From Acutalibacteraceae bacterium (GTDB lineage: Bacteria > Bacillota > Clostridia > Oscillospirales > Acutalibacteraceae), in contig JAZOAO010000027.1 of assembly GCA_045595505.1 (NCBI GenBank), positions 84,717 to 148,716 of the forward strand: a stretch of 64,000 nt of DNA, written 5' to 3'. Made by a program: the position numbers and the translations under genes. Positions 26,667 to 35,558 of the stretch are shown here, in pieces; within the stretch, counting starts at the first letter, position 1, and every line of letters begins with the position of its first letter. Under the pieces are notes generated by a model that was given only the letters and a program-made list of their open reading frames with translations, was not told where the DNA came from and did not search any database.

Positions 26667-28076
26667 GTGGTTCTTTTGGCTGATAAAAACATTGACAAAA
26701 CCTTGCAACGAGAGAAAAAAGAGCTTGCAAGGCTGAATAAAGCTAAAAATCGCAATTCGGGAAGCAAATATTTCTTTGTTTTGCTTGTTTTGATTGCTAT
26801 TGTTAATATTCTTGATGAGGTTACAAGCAACCTGACTGTTACTGTGCAGTCATCTTTTGTAACAGAATTTTTTGTTAATAATCCCTTTATGGGGAAATAT
26901 TATACCTACGAGGATGGGCTTGCTTTTCATTCAAGTATAGGTGTGTTTACCTATGTTCTGGGCATATTCACTCCATTTTATAAGGCTCTTGCAGATAAAT
27001 GGGGCAGAAAACCACTTTTTGTCCTTTCAACCTTGGGAATGGCAACTGGACTTCTGGTTATTCATTTGTCATCAAGCTACATAATGTTTCTTGTGGGTTT
27101 TGCAATTATCAGCTTTTTTATGGGGCACGATATTCAGATTATCTATATTCTTGAAGAAGCACCCAATAAGCACAGAGCAAAGATTTACAGTTTTCTTAAA
27201 AGCTTTGGTATTTTAGGCGTTGTTCTGATTCCTACGCTCCGCGATATTCTTATGGGGGACGATGCAACAAAATGGCGAGAAATTTTTCTTGTTCCTGCTC
27301 TTATCGGCTTTGTTGCAGTTGGTCTTGTTCTTGTTTTCGCAAAGGACACTAAAGTGTTTATCAGCGAAAGAATAGAGTATCTTTCCCGACCACTTGAGCA
27401 GAGAGAAGCGGAAAAAGCCCTCAAAAAGCAACAAAAGGAAGCCCAGAGAAATCAGTCAGGTGTATTTAATGGCGTAAAATATATTTTTTCAAACAAAGAT
27501 ACCAAAATGCTCATTATTGCTCACATCATTTTTGATGCGGCAATGCCTGCGATTGCATTGTATTTTGAATCATCAATGCATCGGGCAGGAATGAGCACCG
27601 CAAATATAACAAAAGCATTGTTTATGGTGCCTGTAATTTATGCTACAATAACATTTCTTTCGGGTTTTATTGCCGATAAGCTGGGAAGAAAAGTGACTGT
27701 AACACTTTTCTCAATAATTTGTATTATAGGCTATGTTCTTTTTGTGGCAGGAATTCTGAATAATTGGAACCCGTATCTTATCGGTTCTCTTGCAGGTCTT
27801 TATCAAGGGTCTTATTGGATTGGCAGGGACTATATGAATGTTATGATGACTGAAAAAGTTCCGACAGATATCAGAGCATCGGTTGTTGGTGCGGAAGGTC
27901 TTTTAGTTATAATAGGTCTTGCAGTTGGTTATCTGACAACGATTATCGGAATGATTGCTATGCCTATATGGTGGGCTTGTCTTATGGTTTCCATTCCAAC
28001 AGTTTCTGTTGCGGCGATTATATTTGTTCTTAAGGTTAAAGAAACAAAAGGCGCGAGCTTAGATGAAATAGAATAA
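26667..28076 (+). CDS. MFS transporter (about 12 TM)
   Basis: Two hydrophobic six-helix halves are separated by a charged loop (EQREAEKALKKQQKEAQR). The MFS loop motif LADKWGRKP lies between TM2 and TM3. The start codon is uncertain (GTG 26667 or TTG 26676). Confidence 0.75.
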   Translation: MVLLADKNIDKTLQREKKELARLNKAKNRNSGSKYFFVLLVLIAIVNILDEVTSNLTVTVQSSFVTEFFVNNPFMGKYYTYEDGLAFHSSIGVFTYVLGIFTPFYKALADKWGRKPLFVLSTLGMATGLLVIHLSSSYIMFLVGFAIISFFMGHDIQIIYILEEAPNKHRAKIYSFLKSFGILGVVLIPTLRDILMGDDATKWREIFLVPALIGFVAVGLVLVFAKDTKVFISERIEYLSRPLEQREAEKALKKQQKEAQRNQSGVFNGVKYIFSNKDTKMLIIAHIIFDAAMPAIALYFESSMHRAGMSTANITKALFMVPVIYATITFLSGFIADKLGRKVTVTLFSIICIIGYVLFVAGILNNWNPYLIGSLAGLYQGSYWIGRDYMNVMMTEKVPTDIRASVVGAEGLLVIIGLAVGYLTTIIGMIAMPIWWACLMVSIPTVSVAAIIFVLKVKETKGASLDEIE

Positions 28077-28090
28077 AAGGAAGTGTAATA

Positions 28091-28720
28091 ATGCAAACAA
28101 TTTTTGATTCGTTTTTAAATTTTGATTTAAGTGTTTTTCAATGGATTCAAGGTATTCAGAATGATTTTCTTGATGCACTTATGGTAGGCATTACAACTCT
28201 CGGTAACAGCGGAGCAATTTTTATAGTTCTTGGGTTAGTGCTTTTGTTTACTAAAAAATATCGCAAGGCAGGACTTGCAGTTATTGTAGCCCTTCTTGTA
28301 ATGCTTATTTGCAATGACCTTTTCCTTAAAGAGTTTTTTGCAAGACCTCGTCCCTTTAATCTTTTGGAAGCTGACCCTGAAAAATATGGGTTTTGGGGTG
28401 AAGGCTATGTTTATCCCGAACTTATAAGCAGACCCACAAGCTTTTCTTTCCCATCGGGACATACAGCATCAGCCTTTGCGGCAGCAATAGCTCTTTTGTG
28501 GCACAACAGGAAATTAGGTGTTCCCGTAACAGTTTTTGCAGCTTTTATGGGCTTTTCAAGAATTTATGTTGAAGTTCATTATTGTACTGATGTAATTGCA
28601 GGGGTGATTTCGGGAATAATATGCGCTCTTGCTGCGGTGTTAGTTGTAAAATATCTTTTCCCTGTTGTAGATAGTGGACTTGAGAAGCTATCTGCAAAGG
28701 TGAAGAGTAACAGAAATTAA
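28091..28720 (+). CDS. PAP2-family lipid phosphatase
   Basis: The tripartite acid phosphatase motif is present: KEFFARPRP ... PSGHTASAF ... SRIYVEVHYCTDV. Confidence 0.85.
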   Translation: MQTIFDSFLNFDLSVFQWIQGIQNDFLDALMVGITTLGNSGAIFIVLGLVLLFTKKYRKAGLAVIVALLVMLICNDLFLKEFFARPRPFNLLEADPEKYGFWGEGYVYPELISRPTSFSFPSGHTASAFAAAIALLWHNRKLGVPVTVFAAFMGFSRIYVEVHYCTDVIAGVISGIICALAAVLVVKYLFPVVDSGLEKLSAKVKSNRN

Positions 28721-28793
28721 CTGAAATCAAAAAACAACTGAATACAGATGTGTTGTGGTTTGCCTAAAAAAACAATCAAATCTGTTTATTCCG

Positions 28794-28828
28794 AAAGGAG
28801 TGGCATTGCTTATATATGCTCCTTTTTT
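28794..28828 (+). terminator. Probable intrinsic terminator after the PAP2 gene
   Basis: A bulged stem aaaggag...gcat / atgc...ctccttt is followed by tttttt. Confidence 0.5.
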
Positions 28829-28890
28829 AGATTTAACAGACTATGAAAAGTTTTCTTAGGGTGATTTTAAAGCAGAAAGGAGCCAAAAAT

Positions 28891-29670
28891 ATGAACAAAA
28901 ATATAAAAAAGAAATTACCGACTAACAGTCCGTTAATTAAACTTCCTTTTGGTGGTTTAACCTCAAATATGCTCAGAACAATAGCGGTTTTGCTTATGCT
29001 CAGCGACCATATCTGGGCAACCTATATGAGCTTCGGTAACTGGATGACCTATATCGGCAGAATGGCTTTTCCCATATTTGCTTTTCAGATTGCAGAGGGC
29101 TTTGTTCATACCTCAAACTTTAAAAAATATGTTTTTAGATTGTTGGGTTTTGCGTTAGTTACCGAAATTCCGTTCAACCTTTTTTACAGTAGTCGATGGT
29201 TTAACCCATACCATCAGAATGTATTGTTCACGCTCCTTTTAGGTTTATTGGCAATTTATGTAATTGACAATCTGAAGAAAAACAGAACCCCCAAAAATAT
29301 TGTCCTTTCGGTTTTGTGGTTAGTTCTGATTTGCGTGGCGACAACTCTTGGTTTTGTGGATTACGGCTTCTCAGGTATGCTGACGGTTGTAATGTTCTAT
29401 ATTTTAAGAGATTTCCCCTTTGCCTGGCTCTGTCAGCTTGTGGCAATGGTTCTTATTAACATTGTCTTTTTCGAAGGTCAGGTATTCCCCGTTGAAATTC
29501 TCGGCAAAACCTTTGAAATACCCTCTCAGGGCTTCGCAGTATTCTCTCTTATTCCAATCTGGCTCTACGGTGGCAGAAAAGGAAAGTCAAGCAAAATTAT
29601 GCAGTATGGCTTTTATGCCTTCTATCCCGTGCATATGTTGATTCTGTATTTGATAAAATATTTCGCTTGA
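28891..29670 (+). CDS. TraX-family membrane protein
   Basis: GLTSNMLRTIAVLLMLSDHIW...GRMAFPIFAFQIAEGF is typical of the TraX family. Start placed at ATG 28891 behind RBS aaaggag. Confidence 0.75.
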   Translation: MNKNIKKKLPTNSPLIKLPFGGLTSNMLRTIAVLLMLSDHIWATYMSFGNWMTYIGRMAFPIFAFQIAEGFVHTSNFKKYVFRLLGFALVTEIPFNLFYSSRWFNPYHQNVLFTLLLGLLAIYVIDNLKKNRTPKNIVLSVLWLVLICVATTLGFVDYGFSGMLTVVMFYILRDFPFAWLCQLVAMVLINIVFFEGQVFPVEILGKTFEIPSQGFAVFSLIPIWLYGGRKGKSSKIMQYGFYAFYPVHMLILYLIKYFA

Positions 29671-29740
29671 ACATTGATTTTTATTTCAATGAAAAGTATA
29701 ATATTAAAGATAAAAATAAGAAAAGAAAGATATAGTGAAA

Positions 29741-32700
29741 ATGAAAAAAATTATGAAAATTTTAAGTGTAATTCTTGCGCTATTTATGGCGGTTTCATGT
29801 ATGGTTGTACCCGTTTTTAGTGCAGATAATATCGAAAGTGGCATTTCTGTAGCATCTGATGGCACAATAACCGCCACCTCTGATGATGGGGTTCAGTATG
29901 TAGTTTTTATGGTCACAAATATACACTATGATAATTTGGAGCCTTATGTTTCGGAAATGGTGGAGCTTCACGGTGAAATAGATTCTTCTTCTGACAGAAT
30001 GTATGCATTCGGTGTTGTGGGACCTATGTGCCTCACACAGTCTATTGAGCAGATGAATGATGAGGTTAATACCGTTTTTGCATTGGCGGAAAAATATAAT
30101 GTGCCTGTGTTCTTCCAGATGGATGATTGCACTAACTATTCTACTGATTTTGGCGACGATGCAACCATTGATGATGAAGACAACAAATTTTATGACGACC
30201 CTGAAATGTGCGAATGGATTGCCTTCCCCGAGGAGGGTGAGGAATGGGGTGGTCAAAAGTACGGTATGCTTCCCAGATGGCATTGTAACTGGAGCGGAAC
30301 ACCCTTTGCTACTGCAGGCGGTTTCCCTTGCTTCAACTCTCCCAAATATCTCGCCTGGTACGAAAAGCAGGTAACCGAGGGCTTTATAGAGCCTTTGGTT
30401 GAAAACTATGAAAGACTTAAAAATGAAGGTAAGGCTTACCTTCTTGCAGGTATAAATACCGGTTGGGAAACTCAGATACCTGATTATACAAATGCATCTT
30501 ATGCTTCTCTTCAGGATTTTGAGAAAGCGCAATACGGTATGCACGCATTGCATAATTTAGGCTATGATGCACAGTCCATTTATGAAGAGGCAGTAAGCCG
30601 TATGCTAAGCGAAACTGAGGTTATAAGAGAGCTTCTTTACGAGGTTATAGCGGATTACATAGAATTCACCTGCAAAATGTTTTATGATGCCGGAATAGAA
30701 AAAGAAAAAATATTTTCTCATATAGTATCTATTTCATCAACCGAGGATGGTTGTACAACGGAGCATCCACCGACCGATATATGCATTAATGACTATTGTA
30801 CTCCCGGTTGGACAATGAGTCCCAAAACCTGTCCGTATAATCTTGCTCAGCTTGAAAAGGAGCTTGGAGAAAACGGAAGAAATGAATATGTCAATGCCGA
30901 AGGCTATGCCCATTATGATGATGTGGAAACCTGTACAGCATATTTTGAAGAGAGTCTTTGCGGTAATGCAAAGCTCATAACAGTTTTCGGTTATGACCAG
31001 GCAACAGGTACTTACTGCTATGAAAAAAAACCGGATTTCTATTTTGTTAAAGTTGTTAAATCCTGGCTTGCCCGTGAAATAGGCGCAGACTATACCTGGG
31101 CAAATCGTCCCGGTCTTGTTGCAAAGCTTAATGTTTGCAAAACCTGTGGCGGTACCTTGTCAAACGGCTTCTGCCTTACAGATAACAGTCATTACGCTGT
31201 TCCCTTTAAAGATGCAAGCGGATTTTATAAAATAGAAAATGCAGGTAATCTTTATTGGTTTTGCGAGCAGGTAAATGATGGTAGCACAGATATTAACTGC
31301 AGACTTGCTTGTGATATAAGCGACAATACAGATATTTATGATTCTAACGGCAATCTTATTTCGGGTAGCTTCCGTGCCTGGACTCCCATCGGTATAAAAA
31401 CAACTTTAGGTATCAATGATGTTGAATTTAACGGGGTTTTTGACGGTTGCGGTTATACTCTCAGAAATTTCTATAATGCTGATGAAGAAAATTACACGGC
31501 ATTGATAGGGTGGTTGGGTAGCAGCGGTATTGTAAGGAATGTAAATATCACTTCATCTTATTTTAAAGGTGGACAATATGTTGCCGGACTTGTTGCTCTT
31601 AACGAAGGTACAATTCAGAATTCCTGTAGCAGTAGCGCCGTTGGCGGTACAAGATATTTAGGCGGTATTGCAGGACAAAATAAAGGTACTATAAATAATT
31701 GTTATTCTGTTGGCAGTATCACAGGAGCAAGGAGTGGTATTACTACTACTTATTATGTAGGTGCTGTATGTGGAAATAATACCGAAACAGTCTCAAATTG
31801 CTATTATTTAAGCGGTTCTGCAAGTGCAGATGGCACTGCTCAAAGCGGTATAGGCGCATCAAGATGGGGGTCTTCATCAGACAGCGCAGGAGTTACAGAA
31901 ACCAAAACTCTTGCTCAGTTCAGTAGCGGTGAGGTTGCTTATTTGCTTCAAGGTGGCAATGCTTGTCGTATCTGGGGACAAAAAAGTAATATGTCAGGTG
32001 CGCTTCCTGTAATATCGGGTAAACCTATGCACGCAGTTGCAAAATATGATTCGGACACCGGCTATTCTGTTGGCAGCTTGTGTGATTTGGATGCCGATAG
32101 AAGTATCGGGGCTGCCGATTATCAGATTTTTATAAATATGGCTTTATGCGAGAATAACACAGAAGATACGGTTGAAGATAGCGTGATCTTTGCCAGAGCA
32201 GACCTTGATGGCGATAGGGTAGTGGATGTTTTAGATGCAGCACAAGCCTGGAGGCTCTATTTTGGCTATCAGACATTCGATGTGTATGGTGCAGGCGATT
32301 TCAATGGCGATGGTGTTTGCACAGATGAAGATACAACCAACATAAAGCAAGCCGTAACCAATAAAAAATATGTAGGCAAATCTGCATTGATGGCGTGTGA
32401 CTTTAATGGTGATGGCAGTGCAGATGGCTATGATTTAGAAAAAGCTTTCGGTATTTCTGCCGTTGATAATTATGTGTATTTTGATACAAAATACGGTGAT
32501 AATGAAAGGCATTACTTTGATTTATACATTCCCAAAGATAAAAAGATTGTTGGAATAGTTCTTATGCTTCACGGTGGTGCTTGGATGTACGGTGACGAAA
32601 ATGAATTTGCAAGCAGACTTGAGCAGGTTGCAAAGGCAGGCTATGCAGGTGTGGCAGTAAGGTACAGATATATTGATGAAAATGTCAACCTTGATGATAT

Positions 32701-33286
32701 AATGGATGATATTGAACAAGCGATGACTCTCGTAAAAGAAATTGGCGAATCACACGATGTTGAAATTTCAGGCTTTCTTTCCACAGGTGGCTCCGCGGGC
32801 GGTCATTTATCTTTGCATTATGCATATTCTCGTGCGGATAGTTCACCGATTCCGCCGAAAGCTGTTGCAAGCTATTGCGGTCCCGCTGATTTAGCAGACG
32901 AATATTATTATTACAATGAAGAGCTTCAATCACAAAATGGTCTGGGTGATGAAGAATATGTTGCACAAGTGCTTGGTTATGCAAGCGGTTACGCTCACTC
33001 CTACGCAACGCGTGCCCAAGCCAAGGAAGCCTTGAGCTTTGTTTCACCAATAAACTATATAGATGAAAACACGGTTCCTACCGTTATAAACCACGGTATG
33101 AAGGATAATATTGTTCCTTACAGAAATGCTGTTGCGTTGGATGCTAAGCTTACGGAATACGGAATAGAGCACGTGCTTAATTCCTATCCCACATCAGGGC
33201 ACGGTCTGGAGTTGGATGCAGAGAATATGGAACTTGCAGAACAGCTTCTTTGGGAATATATTGAAAAATATCTTGATTCCGTATAA
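29741..33286 (+). CDS. Secreted multidomain protein: unknown N-domain, GLUG-type repeats, internal dockerin-like Ca-loop region, C-terminal alpha/beta-hydrolase esterase
   Basis: Signal peptide KILSVILALFMAVSCMVVPVFSA. GLUG-like repeats: YVAGLVALNEGTIQNSCS, YLGGIAGQNKGTINNCYS, YVGAVCGNNTETVSNCYY. Four D-x-D/N-x-D-G loops: DLDADRSIG, DLDGDRVVD, DFNGDGVCT, DFNGDGSAD. The esterase has HGGAW and GGSAGGHL. Confidence 0.75.
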   Translation: MKKIMKILSVILALFMAVSCMVVPVFSADNIESGISVASDGTITATSDDGVQYVVFMVTNIHYDNLEPYVSEMVELHGEIDSSSDRMYAFGVVGPMCLTQSIEQMNDEVNTVFALAEKYNVPVFFQMDDCTNYSTDFGDDATIDDEDNKFYDDPEMCEWIAFPEEGEEWGGQKYGMLPRWHCNWSGTPFATAGGFPCFNSPKYLAWYEKQVTEGFIEPLVENYERLKNEGKAYLLAGINTGWETQIPDYTNASYASLQDFEKAQYGMHALHNLGYDAQSIYEEAVSRMLSETEVIRELLYEVIADYIEFTCKMFYDAGIEKEKIFSHIVSISSTEDGCTTEHPPTDICINDYCTPGWTMSPKTCPYNLAQLEKELGENGRNEYVNAEGYAHYDDVETCTAYFEESLCGNAKLITVFGYDQATGTYCYEKKPDFYFVKVVKSWLAREIGADYTWANRPGLVAKLNVCKTCGGTLSNGFCLTDNSHYAVPFKDASGFYKIENAGNLYWFCEQVNDGSTDINCRLACDISDNTDIYDSNGNLISGSFRAWTPIGIKTTLGINDVEFNGVFDGCGYTLRNFYNADEENYTALIGWLGSSGIVRNVNITSSYFKGGQYVAGLVALNEGTIQNSCSSSAVGGTRYLGGIAGQNKGTINNCYSVGSITGARSGITTTYYVGAVCGNNTETVSNCYYLSGSASADGTAQSGIGASRWGSSSDSAGVTETKTLAQFSSGEVAYLLQGGNACRIWGQKSNMSGALPVISGKPMHAVAKYDSDTGYSVGSLCDLDADRSIGAADYQIFINMALCENNTEDTVEDSVIFARADLDGDRVVDVLDAAQAWRLYFGYQTFDVYGAGDFNGDGVCTDEDTTNIKQAVTNKKYVGKSALMACDFNGDGSADGYDLEKAFGISAVDNYVYFDTKYGDNERHYFDLYIPKDKKIVGIVLMLHGGAWMYGDENEFASRLEQVAKAGYAGVAVRYRYIDENVNLDDIMDDIEQAMTLVKEIGESHDVEISGFLSTGGSAGGHLSLHYAYSRADSSPIPPKAVASYCGPADLADEYYYYNEELQSQNGLGDEEYVAQVLGYASGYAHSYATRAQAKEALSFVSPINYIDENTVPTVINHGMKDNIVPYRNAVALDAKLTEYGIEHVLNSYPTSGHGLELDAENMELAEQLLWEYIEKYLDSV

Positions 33287-33333
33287 TGGCAAAATGAAAA
33301 ATATATTTATAAAATCGGAGAAGCTTAGTGTAA

Positions 33334-35064
33334 ATGAAGAAGGTCAGCGAATATAAAACTCTTTTTGTAAGTCTGAAAGAAGAGTGGAAATGGCTTTTTA
33401 AAATAATGAGCCGTTATAAACTTGAGATTGTCGGCTATACCATTATGGGTGTGGTTGGTATTGCTATGGGCTTGGGCGCGAGTATTTCTTCAAAATATCT
33501 TATAGATGCGGTTGTTGGGCAAAACAGTCGGACTATTGTTCCTGCAGGGGCAATGGTTGTGGGGCTTGGAGTTCTGCAAATTATCATTAACGCTGTATCT
33601 TCGGTTGTTTCTTCTCGTGTCGGCACTCGTGTCAGCAACGAAATCCGTTCCGAAATATATAGCACAATGGCAACGGCGCGTTGGGAAGAAATAAATAAAT
33701 ACCATTCGGGTGATCTTGTTAACCGCCTTGAAGGTGATGTGAGTTCCGTTTCCAATAGTGTGATTTCTTTTTTACCGGGACTTTTTACAAAGCTGATGCA
33801 GCTTTTTGGTTGCCTTGCTATAGTTTTATACTATGATGCTACATTGGCTGTTTTAGCCCTTATGAGTGCACCTGTGTTGTTTTTCTCCTCTCGTTTTATG
33901 ACTAAAATGATGAGAAAATATAATCTTGAAACCCGTCAGATGAATGGTCAGGTTTTATCCTTCAGTGAAGAGTCCATTCAAAATTTACAGATTATAAAAG
34001 CCTTTGGATTAACAAAGGAATATTCGCAAAAATTCAAGATGCTTTTAAACAATTATCGAAATATGCGGTTAGCTCACGATAAATTCACAATTCTAACGAC
34101 TCTTTGCCTTTCAGCAATCGGGCTTGTGGTGTCCTATTCCTGCTATGGTTGGGGAGTTTATCGCTTGTGGGACGGAGCAATAACATTTGGGACAATGACC
34201 TTGTTTTTACAGCTTTCGGGCAGTCTTACAAACTCGTTTTCTTCAATAGTATCAATGGTTCCCGGTGTGATTTCTGTTGCAACTGCGGCAGGGCGTATTA
34301 AGGAAATAACCGAGCTGCCTAAAGAAAATTTAGAAGATTTTTCAAAATCAGAGGCAATGCTTGTGACCGCTAAAGAAAAAGGAGTCAGTGTTGTTGCCGA
34401 AAATGTTACGTATTCCTATGCCGACAGCGAAAGAAAGGTTTTAAATAATATAAGCTTCTTTGCCCACCCCGGAGAAACAATTGCTTTTGTGGGGCCCTCG
34501 GGAGAAGGCAAAACAACAATTTTAAGACTTCTTCTGGGACTTGTGGAAAAGTCGCAGGGCAATTTAGAGCTAAATGTATCAAATGGTGATAGTGTAGATG
34601 TTTCACCAAGTACAAGGCGTTTTTGCTCCTATGTGCCTCAAGAAAATGCGGTTTTTTCGGGAACGATTGCAGAAAATTTAAGAATAGTTAAACCAAATGC
34701 TACAAATGAAGAATTGAAATCTGCTTTGAAAATTGCAGATGCTTTGGATTTTGTTGAGGCTTTGCCATTGGGGCTTGAATCCGTTGTAGGCGAAAGGGGA
34801 GTCAATTTCTCCGAGGGTCAGGTTCAAAGGCTTTCCATTGCCAGAGCAGTTTTATGCAATGCACCGCTTCTTATTATGGACGAGGCAACCTCTGCACTTG
34901 ACAGCGATACAGAAGAGCGAGTTCTCACAGGACTTATGACTTGTGACGGAAAGCGAACCTGCATCATAACAACCCATAGACCCAGTATGCTAAGATATTG
35001 CAACAGAATATACGAGTTTCAGGAGGACGGAACACTAAAAGAAAAACCGCCACTTGAAGATTAA
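33334..35064 (+). CDS. ABC exporter, fused permease/ATPase (MsbA/type I exporter-like)
   Basis: Six N-terminal TM helices, then Walker A GPSGEGKTT, the signature FSEGQVQRLSIARA and Walker B LLIMDEATSALD. Confidence 0.9.
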   Translation: MKKVSEYKTLFVSLKEEWKWLFKIMSRYKLEIVGYTIMGVVGIAMGLGASISSKYLIDAVVGQNSRTIVPAGAMVVGLGVLQIIINAVSSVVSSRVGTRVSNEIRSEIYSTMATARWEEINKYHSGDLVNRLEGDVSSVSNSVISFLPGLFTKLMQLFGCLAIVLYYDATLAVLALMSAPVLFFSSRFMTKMMRKYNLETRQMNGQVLSFSEESIQNLQIIKAFGLTKEYSQKFKMLLNNYRNMRLAHDKFTILTTLCLSAIGLVVSYSCYGWGVYRLWDGAITFGTMTLFLQLSGSLTNSFSSIVSMVPGVISVATAAGRIKEITELPKENLEDFSKSEAMLVTAKEKGVSVVAENVTYSYADSERKVLNNISFFAHPGETIAFVGPSGEGKTTILRLLLGLVEKSQGNLELNVSNGDSVDVSPSTRRFCSYVPQENAVFSGTIAENLRIVKPNATNEELKSALKIADALDFVEALPLGLESVVGERGVNFSEGQVQRLSIARAVLCNAPLLIMDEATSALDSDTEERVLTGLMTCDGKRTCIITTHRPSMLRYCNRIYEFQEDGTLKEKPPLED

Positions 35065-35145
35065 GGTTACCGGCTTTATTTCCGATGCTCGCAGAAGAAC
35101 TGAATTGTTCAACTAATTAAAGTTGTTTGAAAAAGAATAAGAATA

Positions 35146-35185
35146 AGAACCGTGCAGTTAATCACAACTACACGGTTCTTTTAGT
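35146..35185. terminator. Bidirectional terminator between the convergent ABC exporter and PqqD-like genes
   Basis: 9-bp stem agaaccgtg / cacggttct (35146-35154 / 35171-35179) with a 16-nt loop. It is flanked by A-rich and T-rich runs. Confidence 0.6.
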
Positions 35186-35187
35186 AT

Positions 35188-35466
35188 TTATTTCAATAAA
35201 TCAGCCTGTTCAAGCCCGTCTAAAAAATCTTTGATATCTGCTGATGCTTCTTCTTTTTCTACATTAAACTCGTTAATAACTGAATCAAGAATTTCATTGA
35301 AGGTTGCGCCGATTTCAAGCTTAGCCCAGATAACCTGACTTACCGGGTTGAGTATAACTATATTTGCATCGTCGCCTGCTTCGTTATTTATTGGGATTGC
35401 TAAATATTCACCTGCAATCCGGCGGAGTGTGTAAGCTCCTTTAATACAAAAAATTTTGTCATCCAT
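35188..35466 (-). CDS. PqqD-family (RRE-type) small protein
   Basis: 92 aa. IAGEYLAIP...ILNPVSQVIWAKLEIGATFNEILDSVINEFNVEKEEASADIKDFLDGLEQADLL matches the PqqD/RiPP-recognition-element pattern. Confidence 0.7.
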   Translation of the reverse strand: MDDKIFCIKGAYTLRRIAGEYLAIPINNEAGDDANIVILNPVSQVIWAKLEIGATFNEILDSVINEFNVEKEEASADIKDFLDGLEQADLLK

Positions 35467-35558
35467 TCTATCACTTCCTAATCATCCGATAAAATTATAC
35501 CATTTTAAACCGCAAACTACAACTATATTAGCAAAAAAATTGATATAGCTCGTGTTTT

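Noticed and set aside
29795-30553. 252-aa minus-strand ORF
   Set aside because: It is antisense to the 5' part of the 1181-aa secreted protein, with no RBS and an implausible composition.
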